DNA from: Exilispira sp. | Lineage (GTDB): Bacteria > Spirochaetota > JAAYUW01 | Direction: 5' to 3' | Assembly (NCBI GenBank): GCA_012517545.1 | Contig: JAAYUW010000153.1 | Coordinates: forward strand, 1 to 55,405 | DNA length: 55,405 bases | Shown: in pieces, positions 40,645 to 50,641 of the stretch | Layout: every line of letters starts with the position of its first letter | Position numbering within the stretch: the first letter of the stretch is position 1 | Made by a program: the position numbers and the translations under genes | The notes under the pieces: generated by a model | Seen by the model: only the letters and a program-made list of their open reading frames with translations | Database searches by the model: none | What the model was told of the DNA's origin: nothing

Positions 40645-41511
40645 TTAAACTTCTATCCCAAGCAGTTTCTTAAGTAAAAAGCTGATTAAAAAAGAGAATG
40701 CAGCCACAGAAAGGCTGAGAATGCACATCTCTAAAAATCTATGCTTAAAATCGAGATCCTTTGCAACAGAGATATAGTAGTTGAAGGCTAAAATTACCAG
40801 GATAACTATTGCAAGGGTAATAAATAAACTTAAGAAAGAATTTCTAAACAATAGATAGGGTAAGATCATTAGAAAAACTGTCATAATATATGCTTCACCA
40901 GTGTAAAGGGCAGATTTTAAGGCATTGGGGTCATTATCAGCCTTCTGAGCGAGATAATTTGAAGCAGCCATTGAGAAGGCAGCAGATATGCCTGTAACAA
41001 GTCCTGCAAGAGTAATCATCTTATTGTCTGTAAAGCCTAAAGTAAAACCAGCCAGTGCACCTGTCAGTTCAACAAGCGCATCATTTAAGCCAAGTACTAT
41101 AGATCCAACATACTGAAGTCTTTCCTCATTGAGCATGCCTAGCAGTGCCTTTTCGTGAGCATCTTCTTCTTCAGAGAGCTGAGCTGTTTCTTTAAATACA
41201 GAGGAAAGGTCTTTATATTGTTTAGAACCTGTTCCCTCTCTTTTTTCCATGAGTTTTAGTGCAAACGAGAGACCGAAAACTCTGGATAGAAAAATATATC
41301 TTTTGACTTTAAACCAATCAGGTTTTGGTTCAATATTAGTTTTATTTTTCCAGAATTCTGAGTGCTTTTTTTCTTCATTTGCTATTGATTGTAAAACCAT
41401 TGCATTGTTTTTATCTTTGATTATCCTTGATAATTTTTGATAGATATGATATTCTGTAATTTCAGTATTTTGAATCTTTAAAAGTGCTTTTTTTGATTTT
41501 AGTCTATCCAT
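40645..41511 (-). CDS. VIT1/CCC1-family iron/manganese transporter with N-terminal ferritin-like domain
   Basis: The N-terminal 'EITEYHIYQKL...EEKKHSEFW' is a rubrerythrin/ferritin-like di-iron pattern. The C-terminal half has multiple TM helices, including 'GLNDALVELTGALAG'. Confidence 0.85.
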   Translation of the reverse strand: MDRLKSKKALLKIQNTEITEYHIYQKLSRIIKDKNNAMVLQSIANEEKKHSEFWKNKTNIEPKPDWFKVKRYIFLSRVFGLSFALKLMEKREGTGSKQYKDLSSVFKETAQLSEEEDAHEKALLGMLNEERLQYVGSIVLGLNDALVELTGALAGFTLGFTDNKMITLAGLVTGISAAFSMAASNYLAQKADNDPNALKSALYTGEAYIMTVFLMILPYLLFRNSFLSLFITLAIVILVILAFNYYISVAKDLDFKHRFLEMCILSLSVAAFSFLISFLLKKLLGIEV

Positions 41512-41584
41512 ATTACCTCATAAAAATATTGTTATTCTTGAAAATTTTCCAGACTAATTTAATTTCATAATGAAAAATATTTAA

Positions 41585-42904
41585 CTAATTTTCATTTAAA
41601 ATCCCATAAAGTTTATATCCTATTTTGCCAAAAAACTTTACTTTTATATACTGTCCAATTTTAAGATCTATAATATCGTTTGTCAATACCAGGCATTGAA
41701 TAGAGTGATAGCTTTTACCTGTAATGAGATATTTAGCATTATTCAATTTTTTGATCGATTCTATACACATTTTATCCTGTTTACCTATATATGAATTTAT
41801 ATATTTATTCTTATTCGCATTGGAAATTTTACGTAGCGATTCAATATGGAGAGATTTCTCTTTTTCGGAAAAGGTTTCAGTAAAATTGTATGCAGCAGTT
41901 CCTTCTCTTTTTGAAAAAGGGAAAATATGTAAATGCTCAAATCCCAATTTTCTCACCAGTACTTCTGTTTCACTGATTGTTTTTAAACTCTCGCCAGGAA
42001 AACCAACTATTACATCTGTCGAAATAAAGGAATCATCTCTAATTTTTTTTATATTTTCAATTGTTTTTATAAAATCATTTACCGTGTATCTTCTATTCAT
42101 TAGTTTTAAAATATTGTCGCTTCCAGATTGCAAAGGGAGATGAAAGTAAGGTTTTATATTTTCTAAAGTGATAACTTCAAAAAATTTAGAATCAAGATTA
42201 ATTATTTCGATAGAAGAAAGTTGAAAAATAAGATCAGGGAAAATATCGATGAGTTTTTCCAATAAATAGCTGAATGTGACACCATTGTAACTGTAAGCTG
42301 CAATATTAATACCTGTTAAGATTATCTCTGAAAAACCACTATTTTTAAGCTTTTTTATCCTTTCAATAATAATATCATCTTGTAGAGATATGGACTTGCC
42401 TCTTACAAGGCATACTTTGCAATATGTACATCTGTTGTTACATCCATCCTGAATCTTTAAAAAAGCTCTTGAGTGGAATTCTTTTTTTGTACTTGGAGGA
42501 AGAAAGCGGTTTTCATGTCCGTTTTCAAGTAAAAAATTACTGGATTTCAAATTAGTCAGTACAAGATTTTTATCGATATTTAAACTATTCAGGCAGTCGA
42601 TTACCTTAGATTTATTGAATAGGGGAATATACAAAAGCTGATCATCACTAAAAAAAGGATAAGGGTTGAAGCAACCTGTGAGAATACAAATTTTACCTTT
42701 GTTAATAAGAGGATTTATGAAGTGAATACACTTTTTTTCAGCTTCAGCGGTTACAGTGCAGGAATTTATAATCACTATATCTGCTTCATTAAAATCTGTT
42801 ATTAAATCAAAATTATCTGGTAAAAGAGAAATCAAAGATTCGGTTTCTGAGATGTTTAATCTACAGCCAAATGTTTTAAATGCAATTTTCATTTTACTAA
42901 GCAT
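41585..42904 (-). CDS. mtaB: MiaB/RimO/MtaB-family radical SAM methylthiotransferase, most like MtaB
   Basis: UPF0004 N-domain 'FKTFGCRLNISETE', radical SAM 'CNNRCTYCKV' and a C-terminal TRAM-like region. 439 aa. Confidence 0.85.
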   Translation of the reverse strand: MLSKMKIAFKTFGCRLNISETESLISLLPDNFDLITDFNEADIVIINSCTVTAEAEKKCIHFINPLINKGKICILTGCFNPYPFFSDDQLLYIPLFNKSKVIDCLNSLNIDKNLVLTNLKSSNFLLENGHENRFLPPSTKKEFHSRAFLKIQDGCNNRCTYCKVCLVRGKSISLQDDIIIERIKKLKNSGFSEIILTGINIAAYSYNGVTFSYLLEKLIDIFPDLIFQLSSIEIINLDSKFFEVITLENIKPYFHLPLQSGSDNILKLMNRRYTVNDFIKTIENIKKIRDDSFISTDVIVGFPGESLKTISETEVLVRKLGFEHLHIFPFSKREGTAAYNFTETFSEKEKSLHIESLRKISNANKNKYINSYIGKQDKMCIESIKKLNNAKYLITGKSYHSIQCLVLTNDIIDLKIGQYIKVKFFGKIGYKLYGILNEN

Positions 42905-43115
42905 TTTTTTAGGTGTTATTAATCCAATGCTGTCTTTTACAAAAAATACAGCAAGAAATTTTCAATATATTTTTTTAATAAAGATTCAGATACTATTAAA
43001 AAAAATTTTTGAATTTTAAATGAGATGCACACAAAAAAGTATTTTTGAAAAAAATAAAAATTTGAAAAACGAAAAAGGTAATAAATAAATTTGTAAAATT
43101 AAAATTTTGAAAAGA

Positions 43116-43760
43116 TTAATGATTTGTTTCACTTTTTATCAGGTTATATAACTCGATAAGTCGATTAGTATTGTATTTCTTCATGGCTTTTTCCAGTACA
43201 GAAAGAGCTTTATTTTTTTCAGAAACTTTGTAAAGGCTGTATGCAAGGTAGTAGTGAGGATAATATTGATCTACACCAAGATAAATTGCAGCATTTAAAG
43301 CAGATATTGCCTTGTAATAAGAAGTAGAAAAAAATAAAGCTTTACCATAATAGTAGTATGACCAACCATCAGACGGATTGTATACAAGGCATCTTTCAAA
43401 GTATGTGATCGCAAGATTATACTGCCCAATTTCATTGTAGACTCTTCCAATTAGCTTTAGAAACTGAACATCGTTTGGAAATATGCCAAGGGCTTCTTTT
43501 GTGTATGTTAAACATTTTTGATACTCGCCTAATTTAAATAAAGAAAGTGTTATATAGGTATAAACTTCTTTATTTTCTGGATAACTGGTGAGCAGATTTA
43601 TACCAAGGTCAGCAGCATCCTGGTATTTGCCCTGATTGTAAAGATTGGCAAGTGTAACTACTGGATCCTGTGCTTTTAAATCTGATAGATTTGAAAGAAT
43701 AAAAATAAATAATAATAATAAAAATATAATAGGAAATTTCTTAAATATTTTACTTGACAT
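43116..43760 (-). CDS. Secreted tetratricopeptide-repeat protein
   Basis: Signal-like N-terminus followed by about five A/Y/G-patterned 34-aa TPR units ('YNQGKYQDAADL', 'GEYQKCLTY', 'GQYNLAITYFERCL'). Confidence 0.75.
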   Translation of the reverse strand: MSSKIFKKFPIIFLLLLFIFILSNLSDLKAQDPVVTLANLYNQGKYQDAADLGINLLTSYPENKEVYTYITLSLFKLGEYQKCLTYTKEALGIFPNDVQFLKLIGRVYNEIGQYNLAITYFERCLVYNPSDGWSYYYYGKALFFSTSYYKAISALNAAIYLGVDQYYPHYYLAYSLYKVSEKNKALSVLEKAMKKYNTNRLIELYNLIKSETNH

Positions 43761-43828
43761 TTTTTATTCTCATAGTATAAATTTAACATAAAAATAGTAC
43801 GATAATTTAAAATGTCAAAGGATTATTA

Positions 43829-44851
43829 ATGCTCATAAAATGTGATAAATGCGGGAAGTCTTTCTCCTTCAATGATTCATTAATCAAAAGCAGCATAATG
43901 CAGATATATTGTCCATATTGCAACAATAAAATCACCATAAATAAAGAAGATTCGGAAAATGGAGTTCCGATCGCCCAGATACCAAAAGAGCAGCTCGATA
44001 ATATTATTTCCAAGATAGATGATCTCCCAACATTACCAGTTGTTATACAGAGAATTTTGCAGCTTATAAATGATCCAAAGGCAACAGTTAAGCAGATAGG
44101 TTCTATCATTACGTCTGATCAATCTTTAACAGCAAAAACACTTAAACTTGTCAATTCAGCTTTTTATGGTTTCCAGAAGAAGATTACAACTGTTGATCAG
44201 GCAATAGTTATTATTGGCTTTAATGCTGTTAAAAATCTAGCCATTTCAGCTTCGGTTTTTGATATATTTAAAAATGTTTCGCAGAGAAGCAGTTTTGATA
44301 GATCAAGTTTCTGGACTCATTGTGCAGCTGTTGCTTTTATTGCCAAGCAGATCTGTGAAGATACTAGGGCTGGTAATTCTGGCGAAATTTTTGTGTCTGC
44401 ATTACTTCACGATATAGGAAAGATAGTTCTTGATGTCTATTTCCCTGAGCTAATGAATAAAATTTTATATAATGCAAATTATAAGCAGATATCATTTTTT
44501 CAGAGTGAAGAAGAGATTGCTGGCTTTACACATACAGAAGTAGGATTTTTATTATCCCGAAGGTGGAATCTACCGGATAATCTGTACATACCGATACGAT
44601 ATCATCATACTCCTCAAAAGACCATTAAATATCCAAATATAGTATCTATTGTTCATACTTCAAATATAATAGCAAAAGCCGGGAAAATTGGTTACGATGG
44701 AGATTCCATTTTACCAAAGATATCTACTTACTCGTGGAATATACTTAAACAATTAAAACCAGATCTATCTTTAGAAACTATAAAGCTATATATCGGAATG
44801 GCTAAACAAAATCTTGAGGAATCCAACTTTCTTGAAGTTGCAATTTCATAA
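43829..44851 (+). CDS. Zinc-ribbon (MJ0042-type CxxC...CxxC) plus HDOD domain protein
   Basis: N-terminal 'CDKCGKSF...YCPYCNNK'. The HDOD region reads 'LPTLPVVIQRILQLINDPKATVKQIGSIITSDQSLTAKTLKLVNSAFYG' and is followed by 'LLHDIGKIVL'. Confidence 0.85.
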   Translation: MLIKCDKCGKSFSFNDSLIKSSIMQIYCPYCNNKITINKEDSENGVPIAQIPKEQLDNIISKIDDLPTLPVVIQRILQLINDPKATVKQIGSIITSDQSLTAKTLKLVNSAFYGFQKKITTVDQAIVIIGFNAVKNLAISASVFDIFKNVSQRSSFDRSSFWTHCAAVAFIAKQICEDTRAGNSGEIFVSALLHDIGKIVLDVYFPELMNKILYNANYKQISFFQSEEEIAGFTHTEVGFLLSRRWNLPDNLYIPIRYHHTPQKTIKYPNIVSIVHTSNIIAKAGKIGYDGDSILPKISTYSWNILKQLKPDLSLETIKLYIGMAKQNLEESNFLEVAIS

Positions 44852-44949
44852 ATTTTATATTATATTATATTGTAGTCTATCATCATTTAATTGATCTATT
44901 AATAATACTTTTTTTAATAAAAGATTCTATTTATTAGTAGTTTCGATTA

Positions 44950-46659
44950 TTGAATGTTATTATAAGAAGTTTAATATTTTTTAATAAAGTATTTTATGAG
45001 GGAAAATTTTTGGAAAATAGAGATTTAATAAAATTGTTTGACTCGATTAGAAAAAATAAAGGTTTAATCAAAGTTCCTCAATCCCTACAAAAGAATAAAA
45101 TACTTTATGATGTCATCAGATCATATCAACTTGATTGTTTTGAGAGAGCATCAAATGAATTTTTAAATTTTGAAAGCAATAGTGATAAAATAGAAAAGGA
45201 TATCTTCTTTAAAAATTCCTGTAAATTATTAAGGATATTTTTTCCTGATTCTATATTTTACTATTATAAAAGAAATGAAGAAACAGGTGGTTATGAACTT
45301 TTTTTCAGTGAAGTCCAGAATAATGAAATAATAACCAGTATAGAAGAAGCTTTAGTTGAGGGTATTCTTGAACTTGTTTCATCAAGTCAAGAGATAAGAT
45401 CTTTTGAAAATATTTATTATCTTGAAAAAAAAACATATCTTACACCTTTTCCATTAATTTTAAATAATGAAAAAATAGGTATATTTATAGCCATTTGTGA
45501 AAAAAAAGCCAGCATAAATATAGATATTTTATTCATTTTTGAAAGATTAATGCAGATTCTTGCTACCAATATCAATGCAATTCAGTTAAATGATCAGCTT
45601 ACAAAGAAGAAAAATACACTGTCACTATTTATTGATGTAACAGAGAATATCTCGTATATAAAAACAATTGATGAAAATATAAAAGGGATAATTTTAGCCT
45701 TACAAAAGGCAATCAACTGCAATTTAACAGGCATAATCCTTGTTGATAAAAATGGACAGTTATTTTTTAAATATGTATCAAAAGATCTATACAATTATAT
45801 TATCAAGCACAAATGGTCATTCGGTAAAGATATTTTTTCTGAATGTATAGAGAAAAATATATCTTTTAATATTACTGATATGCATAAATCCAGACTGTAT
45901 AGTAAGACTTTTACAATTGTTAGCGATCAGTTAAAATCTTTTCTGGTTTATCCGTTAAAGGCGGTAAATTTTGTTGGATGTTTTTTCGCAGGTAGACTTA
46001 TAAATGAACCTTCCTTAGGTCATGAAGAGTATGATATCGTTATGACAATGATTAAGAATCTCAGCATATTTCTAAATAATATTGCATTGTATGATGAGAT
46101 TAAGATCAACTATGAACTTACTACAGCAGCTTTAGCTTCAGCAATTGAGGCAAAAGATCCATACACAAAAGGGCATTCTCAAAGAGTTATGAGGTATTCT
46201 CTATTGATAGGTAAAAATTTTGGATTGAATGAATCAGCTTTAAGGACCATAAGACTTGCTGCAATGCTTCACGATATCGGGAAGATTGGTATCCCTGAAG
46301 CGATAATATTGAAGAGGGGCCCATTGAATGAGTATGAATACAAAATAATGAAAAAGCATCCTTATATTGGCTACACAATAATAAAAAATATTAAATATCT
46401 TTCAGCAGGATTTCCATTTGTCCTATATCATCATGAAAAATTAAATGGCTCTGGCTATCCTTTTGGTTTAAAATCGGAAAAAATCCCTTTATTTGCAAGA
46501 ATAGCAGCTGTTGCAGATAGTTTTGATGCTTTAACTTCAGATAGACCTTATAGAAAAGGTCTATCATTTGCAGATGCTATTTTGGAGATGCAAAAGTATT
46601 CAGGAATATATTTTGATAAGCAACTTGTAGATATATTAATCAAAACTTTAAAATCATAG
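44950..46659 (+). CDS. GAF-like sensor plus HD-GYP domain phosphodiesterase
   Basis: The C-terminal 'HSQRV...MLHDIGKIGIPEAIL...HHEKLNGSGYPFGL' is a complete HD-GYP signature. The N-terminal ~370 aa look like GAF-type sensor region(s). There is no in-frame ATG near the 5' end. The start is either the TTG at 44950 or the TTG at 45010, and the latter has GAGGGA upstream. Confidence 0.85.
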   Translation: MNVIIRSLIFFNKVFYEGKFLENRDLIKLFDSIRKNKGLIKVPQSLQKNKILYDVIRSYQLDCFERASNEFLNFESNSDKIEKDIFFKNSCKLLRIFFPDSIFYYYKRNEETGGYELFFSEVQNNEIITSIEEALVEGILELVSSSQEIRSFENIYYLEKKTYLTPFPLILNNEKIGIFIAICEKKASINIDILFIFERLMQILATNINAIQLNDQLTKKKNTLSLFIDVTENISYIKTIDENIKGIILALQKAINCNLTGIILVDKNGQLFFKYVSKDLYNYIIKHKWSFGKDIFSECIEKNISFNITDMHKSRLYSKTFTIVSDQLKSFLVYPLKAVNFVGCFFAGRLINEPSLGHEEYDIVMTMIKNLSIFLNNIALYDEIKINYELTTAALASAIEAKDPYTKGHSQRVMRYSLLIGKNFGLNESALRTIRLAAMLHDIGKIGIPEAIILKRGPLNEYEYKIMKKHPYIGYTIIKNIKYLSAGFPFVLYHHEKLNGSGYPFGLKSEKIPLFARIAAVADSFDALTSDRPYRKGLSFADAILEMQKYSGIYFDKQLVDILIKTLKS

Positions 46660-46725
46660 GTTCAATCTTGACAGAGATTTTATCTAATTTATAATGATTT
46701 TGGTTTTATCAAAGGAGAGGATTAT

Positions 46726-47169
46726 ATGAGTGAGATTCTTAAATACCTTAGAAAAGTTCCTTTATTTTCTAATTTAAAAGATAAAGACCTTGCTGCCATA
46801 GAATCACTTGTTAAGGAAAGGAAATATGCAAAGGGAGAAATTATATTAAAGCAAGGTGATGAAGGAATAGGACTTTTCATAATTAAAAAAGGTAAAATTA
46901 AGGTAAGTAAAACACTTGCGTCAGGCAAAACTCTTGATATAGCAGTTCATTCTGATGGAGAGTACTTTGGAGAACTGGCAATGTTAGATAATAAGCCACG
47001 AACCGCTACAATCACAGCTATTGAAGATACAGAAGTATATATTATGACTTATTGGGAGTTCAAAGCATTACTTGAGTCTAAACCAGAAATTGCTCTTTCT
47101 TTGTTGCCTGTTCTTGTTGAAAGATTTAGAGAAACAAATGAACAGCTTTTAGAGTTAAAAAATAGTTAA
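46726..47169 (+). CDS. Stand-alone cyclic-nucleotide-binding domain protein
   Basis: 147 aa. Canonical cassette 'GEYFGELAMLDNKPRTATITA'. No HTH. AAAGGAGAGG Shine-Dalgarno upstream. Confidence 0.85.
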   Translation: MSEILKYLRKVPLFSNLKDKDLAAIESLVKERKYAKGEIILKQGDEGIGLFIIKKGKIKVSKTLASGKTLDIAVHSDGEYFGELAMLDNKPRTATITAIEDTEVYIMTYWEFKALLESKPEIALSLLPVLVERFRETNEQLLELKNS

Positions 47170-47333
47170 ATATGAAAAAAGGGATTCAGGTTTTCTTTTA
47201 AAAAATAGAATTTGCAATTTTCTTCTTTTTTCATGTTAGAACAATTAACACTTTTTATGCTTTTAAGCATAGGATTTTTCAGGTAATCTTATGTAAAATT
47301 TAAATTAAAGAGTGTGATTTATAAAATCGATCA

Positions 47334-47361
47334 TTGATTTTTTTAAAATTATATATATATT
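47334..47361 (+). promoter_or_regulatory. Possible promoter of the tRNA-Cys/tRNA-Leu pair
   Basis: -35 TTGATT (47334-47339), a 16-nt spacer and -10 TATATT (47356-47361), ending about 13 nt before the tRNA-Cys 5' end. The AT-rich context lowers specificity. Confidence 0.3.
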
Positions 47362-47374
47362 TTTGAAGTCAAAT

Positions 47375-47447
47375 GGCGACGTTCCCGAGCGGCTAAGGGC
47401 GCGGTCTGCAAAACCGTTGTTCACCGGTTCAAGTCCGGTCGTCGCCT
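47375..47447 (+). tRNA. tRNA-Cys (anticodon GCA)
   Basis: Acceptor GGCGACG/CGTCGCC, anticodon stem GCGGT/ACCGT with loop CTGCAAA, T arm ACCGG-TTCAAGT-CCGGT and discriminator U73, which is a tRNA-Cys identity element. CCA is not encoded. Confidence 0.88.
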
Positions 47448-47453
47448 ATTAAT

Positions 47454-47538
47454 GCCGAAGTGGCGGAATTGGTAGACGCAAGGGACTTAAAATCCCTCGG
47501 TACTTAGTACCGTACCGGTTCAAGTCCGGTCTTCGGCA
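47454..47538 (+). tRNA. tRNA-Leu (anticodon TAA)
   Basis: Acceptor GCCGAAG/CTTCGGC, anticodon stem AGGGA/TCCCT with loop CTTAAAA, a long variable arm CGGTAC-TTA-GTACCG and T arm ACCGG-TTCAAGT-CCGGT. Followed directly by a T8 run. Confidence 0.92.
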
Positions 47539-47626
47539 TTTTTTTTATAAAATAGACTCTTCGCAATTAAGTATGTTATAGTATACACATACTTGTTCAC
47601 TATGAAGATGCATGCTTATTTTATTT

Positions 47627-48391
47627 TTACTGAGCGAGATAGATGATTATACAATATTCTATAAAATTTCCTGATGCCTGCTTGAATCCACCTATTTGTA
47701 AAGAATGATAATATTTTTTATTGAGCATTATATTAGAAAACTGCTGAAAAAAGTCTTCAGATTTATTTTTAAAAGCATTTTTGAATAGATTGACTAATTC
47801 TATTTGATTATTTTTATTTCTAAATTTATTATTTAATGGTAGTTCATTGTAATCGAATTCCAGAAAAGAAAGAAAATTTTTTCCTATGATCTCCTCTATG
47901 TTTTTTTCCAGAAGAATAGAAAAGGCGCTATTGGCAAGTTGTATTATTCCTTTATCATCAGATATAACAAGAGGTTTATCATTTAAATTTATCAAAAATG
48001 TTACTTCTTTACGAAAAAGATTAATTTTATCTCTTTTTACTGTATCGAACTCTATTATATTTCTGGTCAAAGTATTTAAAACTGAGCCAAGGTTACCAAG
48101 TTCATCTTCTTCCGGGAATGTTAATTTTTCAAGATGTTCAATATCAGTTCCATCCTGAATATTCTCAAGTTTTGTAACTATCTTTTTATAATACTTGATA
48201 GATTTATTTTTTAAGGATAAAAATATGAAATTTAATGCTAAAGACAAGATAACCAGTACTATGGAGATATTAAACAAATTATAGGAATCTATTTGTGGAG
48301 AAAAAAGAGAGATATAAAATAAAAAAAATAATAAAAAGGCAATTGCTGTGTGAATAAAAAAGAAAAATTCTGGCTTTTTATAGAATCTCAT
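47627..48391 (-). CDS. Membrane-anchored HAMP-PAS sensor protein without output domain
   Basis: Two N-terminal hydrophobic helices, a HAMP-like 'PEEDELGNLGSVLNTLTRNI' and a PAS-like 'PLVISDDKGIIQLANSAFSILLEKNIEEIIGKNFLSFL'. Only 254 aa. Confidence 0.6.
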   Translation of the reverse strand: MRFYKKPEFFFFIHTAIAFLLFFLFYISLFSPQIDSYNLFNISIVLVILSLALNFIFLSLKNKSIKYYKKIVTKLENIQDGTDIEHLEKLTFPEEDELGNLGSVLNTLTRNIIEFDTVKRDKINLFRKEVTFLINLNDKPLVISDDKGIIQLANSAFSILLEKNIEEIIGKNFLSFLEFDYNELPLNNKFRNKNNQIELVNLFKNAFKNKSEDFFQQFSNIMLNKKYYHSLQIGGFKQASGNFIEYCIIIYLAQ

Positions 48392-48439
48392 ATCGTCTCC
48401 AAAATAAAAAATTATAAATATTTTTTAATAATAAGCAAA

Positions 48440-50641
48440 TTAAATTAATATATCAGAGATTAGCAGTGAAATCTTATTCTGAGAAATTTGAGGTTCATAA
48501 ATTATTGCTGCTATTTCGTTTAATTTTAGGTCCTGTATGTAATGTTTTCCTTTGAAAAAGAGTGCATCAAAAGTAATATCTTCCTGTGTGGCTTTAAATT
48601 TTGTGGAAGAATTATTTCTTCCAATAGTAGTAGGATTAGATAAAATAACATTTTGTGTTAAAAATGTCGGAGTTTTGAAGCCTTCTCCAAATGGTTGTAA
48701 AAAATTAAACCAGTAAATAAATTCATCACTTTGGATCTCATCAAAAGATAATTCGCAGGTATAAAAGAGAGTAGGAATTTCTAAAATTTTAGGTAATTTT
48801 TCAATTTTGTCCAGAAGCTCATGCTTAAATGAATCATATTTTTCAGGGATTACTGTAAATCCAGCAGCATATGGATGACCACCATAATTTATAAAATACT
48901 TTTCAAATTGACTTATAAAAGCGAAAGATGAAAAATTTTCTTTTGATCGCATGGAACCATAAATACCATGCTGTGTTTTTGTTATAAATATTGTTGGCTT
49001 TAACATTGATGAGAGAAATTTTGAGGCAAGTAAACCAGTCAGACCAGCTTCTACACCTTCTTTTTCTATAAATATAACAGGTAATCTATCTTCACTAATT
49101 CTTGTGGAATTAAATATTTGTTCTACTATATTTGATCTTTTAAGGTTGAATTCAATAATTTCTTTAAGACAAAAGATAGCATTATCCTTTTCTGAGTTAA
49201 GGAAATATGATAAAAGTAAATTACCTTTACCAAATCTTCCAGGAGAATTTAGTAACGGTGACAGTTTCCATACGATATCATAAATGGTAACTGGATAACT
49301 GACATTGAAAAGATTTGATATAATTTGAGTAACAAATTCTGGTTTTTTTTCATTAATCAGTTTCAAACCGCTGGAAACAAGGAACCTATTTTCATTATTA
49401 AGTGGCATAATATCAGCTACAGTTGCAATTGCGACATATGGAAGGAACTCAAGTAATTGTTCAATATTTTTTTTGTAGTTGTAACGAACAGACACGAAAA
49501 ATTTAAAATAAGAATAAAGAGAGCTTGAAGCATAAATAGGTCTGTAATTCTTTATATTTTCTATTGCTTTTTCATCATTTTCAATAAGATCAGAATAATT
49601 TTTAATTAGTAGATTTTGATTGTCAAATGAAAGTTCATCACAGAGTAAATTAAAGGTAGTAATATTTTCTGCAATAAGTATATATTTTTGATAATTTACC
49701 TTATTTGCTAAATCCATAAAAATATCTTTCATACTTTCTTTCTCTAAAACTTTTCCCAGAGAAAAAAACAATGGATTATCATTTTCTGAGCTTTCTTCAT
49801 GAAATTCCATCGATTTATCATATAGTGCTCTAGATACAGGAATTGAAAAATATTGGATAAATTCTATTTGCAAGGAAGAGATATAAGTAAATGTCAAATT
49901 TAGAAAATATTTAGTTCCATCTTTATGTTTAAAATAAATAGGATTGAAAGATAAAAATATTAAATTTTCACTATATAGTTTTGTGACCGAGAGGAATAAT
50001 GCTTCTGCTAGTTTAAAAACAACTCCACAGCCTGAAAGATCAGCAGAATAAGGTATCTTTTTAACTTTGGGATTGATAATTGCATCTGCTTCTGGAATTT
50101 TAGAGTGAGGAGTATGATGGTCAGTAACAATAAAATTAATCCCTTTTTCTTTTGCATACAAAACTTCATCGATGTTTGAAATACCATTATCAATAGTAAT
50201 AATGAGCTTTGCACCTTTTTTATAGGCAAGCTCAATTTTTTCTTTTGTAATACCAAAAACTTCATTTTGCTCCGGTATGCTGAAAAGAATATTTTTTATT
50301 CCATACTTTTTTAATGCTCTATATAGAAGAGTTAGGCCAAGTATTCCATCCACATCAGAGTCACCGTAAAGGAAAATTGCTTCATTTCTTTCTTTAACTT
50401 TTGAAATTAATGAAATAGCTCTATTCATATCTTTAAATAAAAATGGTGGAGTCATAAATAATGGATTATCTTCAAAAAACCTGGCCAATGTATTTCTATC
50501 ATATAGACCAAAATCTATCAGATGTTTTGCAAAGTACATTGGGATCCCATATTCTTTCATGAGATTATCAATTAAACTATCATAGTTATTTACAAAAGAA
50601 CTTTTATTTTCTTGCCAGTTAATACCTTGAATAGACTTCAT
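48440..50641 (-). CDS. recJ: Single-stranded-DNA-specific exonuclease RecJ (DHH/DHHA1)
   Basis: DHH motifs 'LYGDSDVDG', 'ITIDNGI' and 'VTDHH', plus DHHA1 'GGHPYAAG'. 733 aa. Confidence 0.9.
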   Translation of the reverse strand: MKSIQGINWQENKSSFVNNYDSLIDNLMKEYGIPMYFAKHLIDFGLYDRNTLARFFEDNPLFMTPPFLFKDMNRAISLISKVKERNEAIFLYGDSDVDGILGLTLLYRALKKYGIKNILFSIPEQNEVFGITKEKIELAYKKGAKLIITIDNGISNIDEVLYAKEKGINFIVTDHHTPHSKIPEADAIINPKVKKIPYSADLSGCGVVFKLAEALFLSVTKLYSENLIFLSFNPIYFKHKDGTKYFLNLTFTYISSLQIEFIQYFSIPVSRALYDKSMEFHEESSENDNPLFFSLGKVLEKESMKDIFMDLANKVNYQKYILIAENITTFNLLCDELSFDNQNLLIKNYSDLIENDEKAIENIKNYRPIYASSSLYSYFKFFVSVRYNYKKNIEQLLEFLPYVAIATVADIMPLNNENRFLVSSGLKLINEKKPEFVTQIISNLFNVSYPVTIYDIVWKLSPLLNSPGRFGKGNLLLSYFLNSEKDNAIFCLKEIIEFNLKRSNIVEQIFNSTRISEDRLPVIFIEKEGVEAGLTGLLASKFLSSMLKPTIFITKTQHGIYGSMRSKENFSSFAFISQFEKYFINYGGHPYAAGFTVIPEKYDSFKHELLDKIEKLPKILEIPTLFYTCELSFDEIQSDEFIYWFNFLQPFGEGFKTPTFLTQNVILSNPTTIGRNNSSTKFKATQEDITFDALFFKGKHYIQDLKLNEIAAIIYEPQISQNKISLLISDILI

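Noticed and set aside
40427-40648. A 73-aa ORF on the plus strand between rnhB and the VIT1 gene.
   Set aside because: It has a non-ATG start and no Shine-Dalgarno sequence. The product is lysine- and serine-rich and low in complexity, and its stop overlaps the VIT1 3' end. It is most likely non-coding.
43006-43114. Four TTTGAA(A)A motifs lie between the TPR gene and mtaB.
   Set aside because: The spacing is irregular (36, 17 and 45 nt) in a stretch that is almost pure A/T. This cannot be distinguished from low-complexity background.
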